Under the pieces are notes generated by a model that did no database searches, was not told the origin of the DNA, and was given only the letters and a program-made list of their open reading frames with translations. The translations under genes were made by a program, and so were the position numbers. Positions 12,403 to 23,558 of a DNA stretch of 64,000 bases are shown here, piece after piece; position 1 is the stretch's first letter, and every line of letters starts with the position of its first letter. Location: assembly GCA_963793425.1 (NCBI GenBank), contig CAWCAG010000001.1, positions 160,001-224,000 on the forward strand. Direction: 5' to 3'. The stretch comes from an uncultured cyanobacterium. Lineage in GTDB: Bacteria > Cyanobacteriota > Cyanobacteriia > Cyanobacteriales > CAWCAG01.

Positions 12403-13776
12403 CAAAACAAAAAAAGGTTTAAAACCCCGCCGTTTTAGGGCGGATTAGTTAATTTTTTCAGGTACAATAAACATAATTTGCCAATAGCAACTGTTGCAAC
12501 CAACATGAAAGCTAGATACAGATACAGATTTTACCCAACAAATGAGCAGAAAACAAAACTAGCTCAACTATTTGGCTGTATCCGCATCGTCTGGAACGAT
12601 GCTCTGGCACGATGCAAAAACTTAGGTAAAGCCTTAAACTACAACAAACTATCTAGCCTGTTAACCATAGCCAAAAAGAGTGAAGAAAGAAAGTGGCTAA
12701 GAGATGTATCAGCAGTCCCCTTACAACAAACCTTAAGAAACCTAGCCACAGCCTACAGAAACTTCTTCAACTCATGTAAAGGTAAAAGGAAAGGTAAAAA
12801 AGTCTTACCACCAAGATTCAAAAAGCGGAGTAATCAACAAAGTGCAGCATTTACAAAATCAGCCTTCTCAATGGAAGGGCAACAAGTTTACCTAGCTAAA
12901 ATTGGCAACATTAACCCTATACTCTCAAGAGAACTTCCCTCAACTCCCACCTCTCTAACAGTAATCAAAGGTAGTGCGGATAGATACTTCATAAGCTTCG
13001 TAGTTGAAATACAACCACAAAACTTACCTAAGTGTGAAACCAGTGTAGGAATAGACTTAGGAATAATAGACTTTGCCACATTAAGTAATGGAGAAAAAAT
13101 TAAAGCCCCAAAACCCTTAAAAAAGAAACTAAAGAAGCTCAGAAAACTACAACGTAACCTTGCCAGAAAGACGAAAGGTAGTAAGAGACGAGAATTAGCT
13201 AGAAGGAGAGTAGCCAAGCTTAACGCCAAGATAAAAGACACCAGAACAGATTTTCTACATAAGCTGTCAACTAGGATAATTCGTGAAAACCAAACGATAA
13301 TCTTAGAAGATTTAAACGTATCGGGAATGGTTAAAAACCGTAAGTTGTCCCGTGCAATTAGTGATTTAGGATGGCGTAGTTTCAGAACTATGTTAGAAGC
13401 CAAAGCGCTAATGTATGGTAGAGAATTTAGGGTAATTGATAGATGGGAACCAACATCACAAAGATGTCATGAGTGTGGTTTCAGAGGCGGCAAAAAAGCG
13501 GATGCGACCCCGCGTCGGCGTAAGACGCAAGGGAACGCGCACCAAGTAGAACTTTCTATTCGAGAATGGACTTGCTTAAATTGTGGTGCAGTTCATGACA
13601 GAGATGTTAACGCCGCCATAAATATAAAAGTCGCGGGGGGACACCCTGAGACTCTAAACGGACGCGGAGGCAGGTGTAAGACTACAACCGTAGCAACAGC
13701 CGTAGAAACGTCAACTATCCAGTTAGAATTGTTCTAATTGGAATCCCCGTACCTTCTAGGTCGGGGAGGATGTCAA
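12403..13776 (+). mobile_element. IS200/IS605-family (IS1341-type, tnpB-only) element
   Basis: Left subterminal hairpin CCGCC-GTTTTAG-GGCGG at ~12427-12443 and right-end hairpin TCCCCG...CGGGGA followed by GGATGTCAA ending at 13776. The left boundary after TTTAT is inferred. Confidence 0.8.
12478..13737 (+). CDS. tnpB: RNA-guided endonuclease TnpB
   Basis: HTH (YRYRFYPTNEQ), RuvC motifs GIDLG, ILEDLNV and DRDVNAAINI, and a zinc finger CHEC...CLNC. Likely start is ATG 12505. Confidence 0.95.
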   Translation: MPIATVATNMKARYRYRFYPTNEQKTKLAQLFGCIRIVWNDALARCKNLGKALNYNKLSSLLTIAKKSEERKWLRDVSAVPLQQTLRNLATAYRNFFNSCKGKRKGKKVLPPRFKKRSNQQSAAFTKSAFSMEGQQVYLAKIGNINPILSRELPSTPTSLTVIKGSADRYFISFVVEIQPQNLPKCETSVGIDLGIIDFATLSNGEKIKAPKPLKKKLKKLRKLQRNLARKTKGSKRRELARRRVAKLNAKIKDTRTDFLHKLSTRIIRENQTIILEDLNVSGMVKNRKLSRAISDLGWRSFRTMLEAKALMYGREFRVIDRWEPTSQRCHECGFRGGKKADATPRRRKTQGNAHQVELSIREWTCLNCGAVHDRDVNAAINIKVAGGHPETLNGRGGRCKTTTVATAVETSTIQLELF

Positions 13777-13910
13777 AGGCTGAATCATAAACTAAAGATT
13801 ACAACTAGCAGCAATCCCCCTAGAGGGGATGTTACCCTAAAGGTAATTGTAGGTACATAAAATAAATTTCCTACACCTAAAATCTTGCACGCTATTATAA
13901 GGAGTAGGGC

Positions 13911-15038
13911 ATGGTTGCTAGCCCAGAAAAGGTTCAACAAACAGACAGAGTAATGGATAACAGCGATAATGTTGCTGTGTTACTCATGGGTTATGGTGAA
14001 GTAGAAAGCTATGAAGACTTTGCTAACTACAACGAACAAGCCTTAAACTTACTCACTGCTAAGTTTGCTCCAGTACCTACTTGGATTTATCCACCTCTGG
14101 CTAAGCTTTTGGCTTTGTTTGATCTCCATGAGTGGAGTCATCAACATGGTAACTTTATTTCTCCCCATAACAAAATTTTTGAGGAACAGCGAGCCGGAAT
14201 TGAAAAAAATCTCCAAGGGACTTGGGGGGATCGCGTGAAGGTTTTTAAAGCTTTCAATTTCTGCGCCCCCCATTTACCAGACCAAGTTTTAACTCAAATC
14301 AAGGAAGAAGGTTTCACCAAGCTACTAATTTATCCTCTTTTGGTAGTTGATTCTATTTTCACTAGCGGTATTGCCGTAGAGCAAGTTAATGATGCTTTAA
14401 CTAAGCTAGCTGAAGGAGAGGAGCATTGGTTAAAGGGAACTCGCTATATTCCTTCTTTCTATGATGAACCAGCTTATATCAAATTGTTGGGGCAAATGGT
14501 AGAAGAGAAAATTCAAGAAGAATTGGCTCAAAGTCATTTACCTTCGCAAATTGGCATCATCTTGATGAATCACGGCTGCCCTCACAAAGCGAAAGGCTTC
14601 ACCTCTGGTATTGAGGAAAGTCAGGCTTTGTATGAGTCGGTACGTTTGGAGTTAATTAATAAGTATCCTCTCATTTCTGTCGGTTGGCTTAACCACGACA
14701 CCCCCTTAATTGAATGGACGCAGCCTAATGTAGAGTTGGCAGCTAAGAATTTAATGGGCTTGGGGGCTAAAGCTATCGTGATGATGCCCATCGGTTTTGC
14801 CACAGAAAATCATGAAACGATCTTAGATGTGGATCATATTATCCACCATCTCCAACACAAGCGTTCAGATGTGGCTTTTGTACAAATGCCTTGTGTCAAT
14901 GAACGTCCTGATTTCTTGAAAATGGCAGCAGATTGGGCTGATGAAAGCATTAAGGCTTTGTTAGAAGAAGAGGCGATGGCGGTTAACCCCAGTTTAGGAG
15001 CTGCTACTTCCCATCACCATCATCACCACCATAATTAA
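13911..15038 (+). CDS. Ferrochelatase-family protein with C-terminal poly-His tail
   Basis: VLLMGYG, LLIYPL, NHG and WTQP motifs, GFATENHET (HemH-like). Ends in H7N. GGAG ribosome-binding site upstream. Confidence 0.75.
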   Translation: MVASPEKVQQTDRVMDNSDNVAVLLMGYGEVESYEDFANYNEQALNLLTAKFAPVPTWIYPPLAKLLALFDLHEWSHQHGNFISPHNKIFEEQRAGIEKNLQGTWGDRVKVFKAFNFCAPHLPDQVLTQIKEEGFTKLLIYPLLVVDSIFTSGIAVEQVNDALTKLAEGEEHWLKGTRYIPSFYDEPAYIKLLGQMVEEKIQEELAQSHLPSQIGIILMNHGCPHKAKGFTSGIEESQALYESVRLELINKYPLISVGWLNHDTPLIEWTQPNVELAAKNLMGLGAKAIVMMPIGFATENHETILDVDHIIHHLQHKRSDVAFVQMPCVNERPDFLKMAADWADESIKALLEEEAMAVNPSLGAATSHHHHHHHN

Positions 15039-15056
15039 AGAGAAAAACTTTAATTA

Positions 15057-15103
15057 GAAAAGCGCCTGGGAGTCTTGCCATGTTTCGACCCCAAGCGCTT
15101 TTC
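15057..15103. terminator. Probable bidirectional intrinsic terminator
   Basis: GAAAAGCGC...GCGCTTTTC inverted repeat between convergent genes. Confidence 0.65.
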
Positions 15104-15174
15104 ATTTGTAACTCCTCACACTGCGACCAGTATAGACCATAATTGATAATTTGACAAGACTTCTGCAAAAAATA

Positions 15175-18100
15175 TTACGCTTCCCCACTCTTTCTGATAG
15201 CTATTTGCTGATAAAAAGCTTCTAAACCTTGAACACAACTATGATCATCGTAGAGAGATTTTTTGTGATTATTGATTTTTTCTTGAATAGTTCCTCGCCA
15301 AGAAGCATTTAATCCTAACTTAACTGCTATTTCTAGATATTCCTCTTCTGTTTTCGCAATGGTTTCTGTAACCTTAATCATCTTTAAAAAACTATCTGTA
15401 TGACGACCTCGCATAAATTCTGTGGGCAAAGTTACAATGGGTAAATTGCAGGCGATCGCTTCTAAACTAGTATTACCTCCTGACCAAGTTATGGTATCTA
15501 AATAAACATCAGCTAGTAAGTTAATATTCAAATAATTAGCCCGTCCAGGAATCTTACGAAAAACGCAATAATCTTCGTAATCTAAACTTACTTCAGCAAA
15601 GGCACGTTTTAACCTCGGTTTGAGTAATTCTCCCCGTAAGAAAAGAAACCTTGCTTGAGGAACTTTCTGGGCAATGCTTGGGAAAATATAATCGTATTGA
15701 GGTAAGTATTTAAAAGGTGCTTGACAACAAAGATAAATAATTGTCTCTTCTTCTAAATCATAATCTGCCCTGGTTTTACTAACAGGAGGAATATAAGGTT
15801 GAGGGTAAGCAACTCCAATATTCGGTAAACGAATTAGGTTTTCTGAATAATGTTCTTGGGCAGTTTCTACTTCCATTAACTCGCTAGACAAGAAGTAATC
15901 AATAGTTGGTAAACCCGTCGTTACCGGATGCCCCCAAGCTACACATTGTTTAGGGGCAAGGCGCAATCCTGCCATAGCCATTGTCGGGGCATCCATACCT
16001 ATTTCTGGGTAAATAAGAATGTGCAGTTGATCATCAATTATTTGTTGACAAGTTGCTTCTATGTTATGAGCAATATGATGAAAAACATCACTATATTCTT
16101 TAAATTGTTCTGTTACCCCGTCAGGGCTATTTCCTGTGTAGTAACAGTGAATTTCGAATTTAGTGGCGATTGCAATAACGCAACCAACCTGTTAACCAAA
16201 GAGTGCCGCTATAGGAATGTAAATAAGCAGAAACATAGCCAATGCGAATCTTCTGATTATTTTCAACAGGAAGCAGAGTTTTTTCCTCTACCCACTGAGG
16301 ATAATTAGCCCCCATGATGCGATGCACCAAGTTACCATACTGAATTTGCAATTCAACATCATTTTGCGCTTGATAACCTAGGTGAAAATTAGTTAGACGA
16401 CACACTCCAGCTAAAGCTTCTTGTTTTTGTTCAGGGGTTTCTAATTCTGTTTGTTCGATTAATTGTTGTAAGCCACTAATGTAGCGTTGGCGATAATGAT
16501 TAATCTCTGTTTCGCTATCGTAAACACTTGGTACAAGCAAGTATTTCAGAATAGTAAATGTGTAATTGCTTAGAAGCAATTCCGAAGCTTTTTGGGCATA
16601 CTTAATAGCCTCTTTAATATCCCAATTTCTTTGCAATTCAATTATTAAAGGAAAGTATAAGCTACCTTCTTGAGGAAAAACTTCAATACCAGACTTCAAA
16701 GTAGTGATGTATTTATTTAACTGCCCTTTCTGTCGCCAACATTCACCTAAGTGTAAATAAACTTCTGGGGTGGCATTTTGAAGTTGAACCACTTTCTCAT
16801 AAGACTTGATGGCAGCTTGATATTGTCCTTGATAAAATAGTTTTTCAGCTAAATTCAAATTAAAATATTGATCATCGAGATTTTGCAGTTCGCTCAGTTG
16901 ATAAGTAGGAATATGTTTAACAACTGTCTTTCCCTTACTTTCTAAAACAATTTGCCCATGAAGATAAGCAACTAATAGTGACCATTGACTATTATCTAAT
17001 TCAGGAACGATAACAATTTCTGGCCCTTCTGTAACTTCTAATTCTTCCTCCATAAAAAGATTCATTGCTACGCTTGCAAGTACAAGATTAGCTTCATCTT
17101 CGGGAATGTCAGCAATATCGATTAAAAGATTTATTTGAGCCTTTTGAGGATGAGTTACTAAACTTGCGATCGCACTAGATAATTCCGTTAGGAGAGATGC
17201 TTCTTCTTGTTGCCAGTTAGGGGAAATAATTAAGTTGATTTCTCCTAATTTAATTAATTGCCAACTTCCTTGCTTTAGTTGAACTGCTCTTAATTCATGA
17301 AGATTATCAACTATTGAAACTTGCAAATCTTCTATAGTTGCTTCTGAATCTTCTAATTTCAAGCTAATTTGACCATGAAGCTGAGGTAACAGATTTTCCC
17401 ACTGAAGATTACTTAACTTACTAACTAAAGATACTTTGATGTCTTCAGTAATATCTAAATCTTCTTCCATTAAAAGATTCATCGCTACTCCAGACAAAAA
17501 GAGGTTAGCATCTTCAGTGGAAATATTACCTCCATCAACCAAAAGGGTGATATGGCTTTTATCCGGATGAGTTGCTACAGCTTTTAACACTTCTGTTAAT
17601 TCTAAGCCTAATTCTTCTTCTGGCTGCGACCAATCAGGGAATATAATTAGATTAATATCGTTGAGATTTAAAGGTAAAAGAGTAGCAGCAACTAAAGCTG
17701 AACTCACCTTATCTGCCATCTTTGACCAAGAAAACTTCTTAGCTTGGGCAATACCTTCGTTAATCAAAGAGTTTCTAACAGCAGGTTTCTGCACTTCACA
17801 AAAAGCATTTGCCATCTCTTCAATATTATTTGCATCAACGTAAATAGCTGCTTCTCCCGCCACTTCAGGAATCGAAGCATTAGGGCAAGTAATAACCGGA
17901 CAACCACAAGCCATTGCTTCTACAATTGGTAAACCAAAACCTTCATATTTAGAAGGATAAACTAAAGCAACTGCACCACTATAAGCTAACCTTAATTCCT
18001 CATCCGTAAGTTGCAACAGATGAACAGTAATTCCCGCGTGAAATTTCTCAATTCTGCTGGTAAAAATCCTCCACTTCCTGTACAAACTATCTCAAATCCT

Positions 18101-19785
18101 TGTTTACTATTTAATTGATTAAAAGCTTGGAAAAATAGAGGTGCATTTTTATAGCTACTAGCTATACCTACAGCCATAAAATAAGGTTTATTAATGCCAT
18201 ATTTAGCTTTAAAACTATTTATTTCGGCTAAACTTGCTGGGGAAAAATTACTATCAACTCCACAATGAGCTACGGTTATTGATTCTAAAGATATATCAGG
18301 AAAACACTTCGCTAAATCAACTGCTGTATTTTCTGAAATTGAAATATAACCTGAAGCGTGTTCAATTCCTTTATGTTTCTCTCGCCACATCGGTTCTTCA
18401 AAATTAGCCCCTAATACTTCAGGAATCATGTCATAAGCCATAAAGACTGAAGGGGTAGAAAGAGGAGTTGTGTAGTAAGTAGAAATAAATAAGTCTGCAC
18501 CTTCTTCATCGCAGATTTGTTGCAACATTTCCCTATCAATTTCTGTTTCTTTATAATTATAAGCTGGTGAAATTCTATAGTTAATACCAGGTATATCAGG
18601 AGAAGTTCCTGCTCTATCTAAAACTAAAATATGATTAACAACATTTTTTGCCCATACTGATAGTAAAGATTTCCAAACACGAGCAATTCCAGTTTTGTAA
18701 AGTTGAAAAAAGACACCATCTATTATTATTGTTGGTTGAGCGTGAGGCTTAAATATATTCTCTAGATAATTTTTGATTGAATGAGCATCTCGCTTGCGTT
18801 CGTAACGCAGATTAGAGGTTAAGTCAGGAGTATATTGGCAATCAATAAATATTAATCCTTGGGCAGAAAAAAGCAAATTCCAAGGACATATATCTGCTAC
18901 ATTTTCTTGCTTGTCAAGATAGTTAAGTTGTTGCTCTACTTGGCTCATTAAAGTATCCTGGTCAGCAAAAATGATGCTGCCAATCTTTGTAATATCATAA
19001 ACCAACCAGCCGGGTTCTAAATCTATGCTTTTATTTAAGTGAGTTTTGTAAAGAGTAGCTTTTTCTCCATCGCTCTTGAGAACATAATGTCTTGGTTGTA
19101 AGGGGTAATCAATATAAGGAAACAGAGCTTCTCTATAATAATTTGGTGTATTTGCATAATAAAAAGATCGGGTTAAATGAGCATCACAATGAGTACTTGC
19201 TTTATAATCTAATTGATTAAATTCAGGTTTGACTATACTTAATTTGTCTATATTTAGTTGCTCTCTAATGACATCCTTGCCGCATACCCCTGATTCCTCT
19301 GAATGAGGCATTTCTATCAAAAGTGATCGCGAGATTTTGCTCACTTCTGTTAAAAAATCACTGGCATTACTCATATGATGCAAAACTGACAAAAGTAGAG
19401 TCATGTCAAAGTAATTGCAAGCAAGAGACGCTCTTTGTAGCCAATCCACTGTAACTACTGAGTTAATTAAAACAACATTTTTTAAGTCCTCTTGAGTTAA
19501 CAACTCTTTTTGTAAGTAGGCATAGCTAGGATTAGCTTCAATGCTCAGGAAAACATTTTGAGGAAATAACTTAGCTAATTGAATAGTAAAAAAACCTACG
19601 TTAGAACCAATATCTAATATCGTTTGCTTAGGTTTAATGTAGGGCTTAATTACTTCTAGTCTTTCCCAATCATTTTTTCTAACTCCTTCTCTAATCAACT
19701 TATCATCTAAATAAATAGACTGATAGACTTCTGGTAACTGCTCAATTAGCCTGTTGATTTTATCTAAATTCTTAGGAATACTCAT
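15175..19785 (-). pseudogene. Single multidomain gene (WbdD-like methyltransferase/kinase - GT4 glycosyltransferase - TPR - GT41/SPINDLY-like) split by two frameshifts
   Basis: Three ORFs join across shifts at ~18038 (RNFT|AGITVHLL) and ~16162 (CNRH|KFEIHCYY...YPEIGMD). Motifs: [51 protein letters not shown]. Confidence 0.85.
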
Positions 19786-19805
19786 TGTCGATAAAAACTA
19801 TAATT

Positions 19806-20309
19806 TTAGCGATCGCTCTCTTCTTTTTCTCCTTCACCTGGCCCCTGCACTTCCTTAAGCTGTGCCAAAAGCTGCTTTAACCTTTCTTCCTCTGGATTTA
19901 ACTCAATCAACTTTTCTAAAGGTTCAACAGCTTTCTGGGGTTCATTGGTTTGTAAATAAACCTCTATCAAACCTTGCAAAGCAAATTGATTTTCAGGATT
20001 AACTTCCAATGCTCTTTTTAAAGGTGTGATCGCCCCTGGGGCATCTTTCATTGCCATTTTGGTTTCTACCAAACCTTTGAGGGCAAATTCGTTTTCGGGT
20101 TCCCTGGCTAAAACTTTCTCAAATCCTTCTGCTTGTTGGGCTAATGTCTCATCTACATCTACTTCCTGACTGGCTGTCGATTCTGGTGCTTCAGAATCAT
20201 TTGTAAAAAGACTACCGAGGGTAAAAAAGGTTGTGCCAACAAAAGCAAAACCGGATAGAATAATCAAAATTCTTGTAATTAGTTTCTTTTCAGACTTAGA
20301 TTTAGACAT
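19806..20309 (-). CDS. Membrane-anchored TPR protein
   Basis: N-terminal TM helix followed by TPR repeats (PENEFALKGL, PENQFALQGL). Confidence 0.8.
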   Translation of the reverse strand: MSKSKSEKKLITRILIILSGFAFVGTTFFTLGSLFTNDSEAPESTASQEVDVDETLAQQAEGFEKVLAREPENEFALKGLVETKMAMKDAPGAITPLKRALEVNPENQFALQGLIEVYLQTNEPQKAVEPLEKLIELNPEEERLKQLLAQLKEVQGPGEGEKEESDR

Positions 20310-20351
20310 GGTTAGCTTGAGGCAAGAAGACAAAGAGAGCTATGTTTAAAG

Positions 20352-20391
20352 TTACCCAGTTTAAGCTCAGCAGCGATCTTAAACTGGGTAA
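20352..20391. repeat. Perfect 14-bp inverted repeat in a divergent intergenic region
   Basis: TTACCCAGTTTAAG-N12-CTTAAACTGGGTAA. Confidence 0.85.
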
Positions 20392-20422
20392 ACTTTATTT
20401 GTCACTTTAACAAAGTTGAACC

Positions 20423-21220
20423 ATGAGCGTGCAAGCACGTCCTAATTTTCTTCAATATCTCTGGCTTTCTTTGCTTATCCTCTCCGGTATGGTTGCCATT
20501 GGTGTATTACAAATACCGCGTTTGAATACCCTTAAGCAAACTCAAAATCTTTCTCCAGAAACTGCCAAAAAAGAGGTGGAGTCAAATAAAGCTAGTCTCG
20601 ATTTACTACAAAAATTACCCGCTTTTGGGTTTGATAATCTATTAGCTGATTGGGTATTTATTGAATTTTTAGAGTATTTTGGCGATGATGAAGCTCGGCA
20701 ACTTACAGATTATCGCCTTAGTCCAGAGTACTTTGAAATTATTGTTGATCGCGATCCTCGCTTTTTAGATATCTATCCCTTTCTTTCTGCTAGTACTTCC
20801 ATTTATGCAGGACAACCAGAAACTACTGTCGAATTAATAGAAAAAGGTTTAAAATCTCTTTCTCCTCACCAGCAACCCCGTTCCTTTTATGTGTGGCGTT
20901 ACAAAGCAACTGATGAATTACTATTTTTAGGAGATCCTCAAGCGGCCCGCCAATCTTTTCAAAAAGCAGCAGAATGGGCAAGCATTCATCCTGACGAAGA
21001 AAGTCAACAAGTGGCACAAGTTTCTCGCCAAACTGCTCAATTTTTAGAGAACAATCCTGATAGTAAATCGGCACAAGTTAGTGCTTGGGGAATGGTTTTG
21101 CAAAATGCTGTAGATAAAGAAACTCGCGAAGCTGCGGTACTCCGTATTGAAGAGTTGGGAGGGAAAGTAACTGTTTCTGAGCAAGGAGTAGTTGACGTGC
21201 AGTTACCAGAGCAAGATTAA
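20423..21220 (+). CDS. Conserved cyanobacterial membrane-anchored hypothetical protein
   Basis: 265-aa ORF with an N-terminal TM helix and FGFDNLLADW...YFGD motif. Confidence 0.75.
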   Translation: MSVQARPNFLQYLWLSLLILSGMVAIGVLQIPRLNTLKQTQNLSPETAKKEVESNKASLDLLQKLPAFGFDNLLADWVFIEFLEYFGDDEARQLTDYRLSPEYFEIIVDRDPRFLDIYPFLSASTSIYAGQPETTVELIEKGLKSLSPHQQPRSFYVWRYKATDELLFLGDPQAARQSFQKAAEWASIHPDEESQQVAQVSRQTAQFLENNPDSKSAQVSAWGMVLQNAVDKETREAAVLRIEELGGKVTVSEQGVVDVQLPEQD

Positions 21221-21281
21221 GTCTAGAAAATAATTTTTTAAACTTTCTGAGTGCAAAATTCAATTTTTTCAGGGATGTCTA

Positions 21282-22823
21282 ATGTACAAATTATTAGCTA
21301 AGTATAAAAACAAGTTTTTATATACTTCTTGTGTATTCATTATCATAGGTTTTGTTGCCTTAGTTGTATTAAATACACTTAATAATACTCTTATAGACCA
21401 TACTGAAGGACATTTACCTACAGTTGCTTGGCTGTTACAAACTGATAACTATCCCCTTTACCATTCTATAGACTCAGCTAAGCGTTATAGCCTTATCTAT
21501 GGTCCAGTTTTGTACCTCACACAAGCGTTATTTCTGCATATTCTTAGCCCAAGTATTTTAGCTGCTAAAGTACCTATTTCTTTAGCATAGATACTGAGCA
21601 TATTTTTTCTATTTCTCTTAGTTTATAAACTAATCAATCTTCAAACTTCTGTAGTAACGACTACTTACATAATTCTAGTCATTATCTGCTTTGGCAATCT
21701 ATATGGCAATATTCTTTTTCAAATTAGGTCTGATTCTTTGATTCTAATGTTAACCTGTTTGTTAACATTAATAACTGCTGTTAAACCAGGAAAATCAACT
21801 ATAGTAGCTGCTATTATAACTATAGGTCTTTGCTTGAATTTAAAGTTTACTTCAATAATATATTTTTTGCCTTTACTTTATCTTATTTATAATCAGCAAG
21901 GTATTTCTTCTGTACTGGTATCTTTAGGTGGAGCATCGCTTTTAAGTTTATTACCGTTTATCCATTCGCAAATATCGCTTTTAAATTATCTTGCTTGGAT
22001 AAAGATAATTAGTAATCATGGTTTAGACTTTAAACAACTAGAAAAAAACGTCGTTTGGGCATTATACTTATTATTTCCTTTTATTCTTCTTATATTTCAG
22101 TTGTACTGTCTCAATATCAGTGAATTCAAGAAAACCATAGTCAAGTATCGAGACTATCTACTTTTATTGTTAGTAAGTATTTTACTGATATCTTTTATTG
22201 CTGCAAAGCCAGGGTCAGGGATTCATCATTTGCTTCCTTTTATACCGTCAATACTCTATGTCTATATTCATTTTTTGAAGAAAACTTTGTTTATTTATTC
22301 AAATCATAAGAAAAAAAAGTCAACTTCTTTCAAAGTAAACATACTTCATTTAATGTTAGCAGTTATTTTTACATTGACTTTCTATCATGGAGGGATAAAA
22401 GGAGTGCTTCTCTGGGAAAAGTTTAATACATCAGGTTCTGCAATAATTGCTGATATAGAAAAAGTAATTGACCGCTATCCAAACACAAATATAGAAATGG
22501 GATACGGAGAAAATAAAGGCTATCCTTTTACTTACTACCGCCCTATTTTAGTTTTCCACGGCAATCCTTATCTAATTGATGCTAATGTTTTAATGGATAT
22601 GAGAAAAGCAGGGATAGATATTAGTAATAAAACTATTGAAGTACTAGACTCTTGCAGCACACAAATTTGGCTAATACCCAAAGATAATCAACCTTTTGCA
22701 CAACCTAGTTATTACGATAACAGTCCCCCTCTATTCAACAAAAAATTTAAACAAGTTTTTTCAGAAAGATATCAACTCCAAGACAAAAGTGAGTTTTTTG
22801 ATCTTTGGTTTTGTCAGGAGTAA
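21282..22823 (+). pseudogene. Polytopic membrane protein (possibly GT-C glycosyltransferase-like) interrupted by one in-frame TAG
   Basis: ORFs 21282-21590 and 21738-22823 share a frame and the only stop between them is TAG at 21588-21590. AT-rich, many TM helices, YGP and RSD motifs. Confidence 0.7.
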
Positions 22824-22986
22824 TTTTAAACCATAAACCATTTCCCCTTTACCCTAAATTGGTTCGACCGAACTTAGAATGTAAGATTAGCAGTTGAAGT
22901 GCCAAGTCAACAAGCTTCTCAGAGAAAAGTTTTCAAAGTTCCTGAATCCGTTAAAAGAGTAAGAACAAATCTTGGTAGTTTCTAGC

Positions 22987-23400
22987 TTATTTTTCTATGG
23001 TCAACTTAGTATCCCACTTCCTCAGATAAAACAGAGTAAAACAAGCCGCTAACATCGGCCAAGCAGCAAAAAACAAGATGTTAGGAGGCTCATAGGGAGC
23101 AAGATAAACTTTAAAAGATGATAGAGTTGAAACTGAATGGAGAAATAGCACTGCTCCATAGCTGAAGGTTTTTTTGAAACCCAGTACAAAGCTGATAATA
23201 ATTAATAGTTGAATCGCGCCAATTATGTAAATGGGAACACTACCTAAACCGGGAATCAAATAAAAGTTTTTAAAAACTGCTGCGGCGTGTTCTGGATTAA
23301 TAAACTTATCAAGAGTCCACACCAACATCACTAAAAATACAGCTAATCTTAGGGTGACTAAGGCTGTAGCTACGGGATCATGAGGATTATTGTTGGTCAC
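22987..23400 (-). CDS. Small DoxX-like membrane protein
   Basis: Four hydrophobic segments with LR...WTLDKF and LFFAAWPML motifs. Confidence 0.65.
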   Translation of the reverse strand: MTNNNPHDPVATALVTLRLAVFLVMLVWTLDKFINPEHAAAVFKNFYLIPGLGSVPIYIIGAIQLLIIISFVLGFKKTFSYGAVLFLHSVSTLSSFKVYLAPYEPPNILFFAAWPMLAACFTLFYLRKWDTKLTIEK

Positions 23401-23558
23401 AATTAATTATCCTGCTACTCTGAATTTACCCCCTGATTATAAAAGTTTAAGCTGACGCGAAGCTTAGATTTCGCTTAATTTTCTTCACCATAAAAATCAG
23501 GAATGCAAACCAAAATTGCATCCCTAAATCATCAAATCATTTTATTAAACTATGCAGT

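Noticed and set aside
21588..21590. Pyrrolysine or programmed readthrough
   Set aside because: No pyl machinery or supporting structure is seen; a nonsense mutation or base-call error is simpler.
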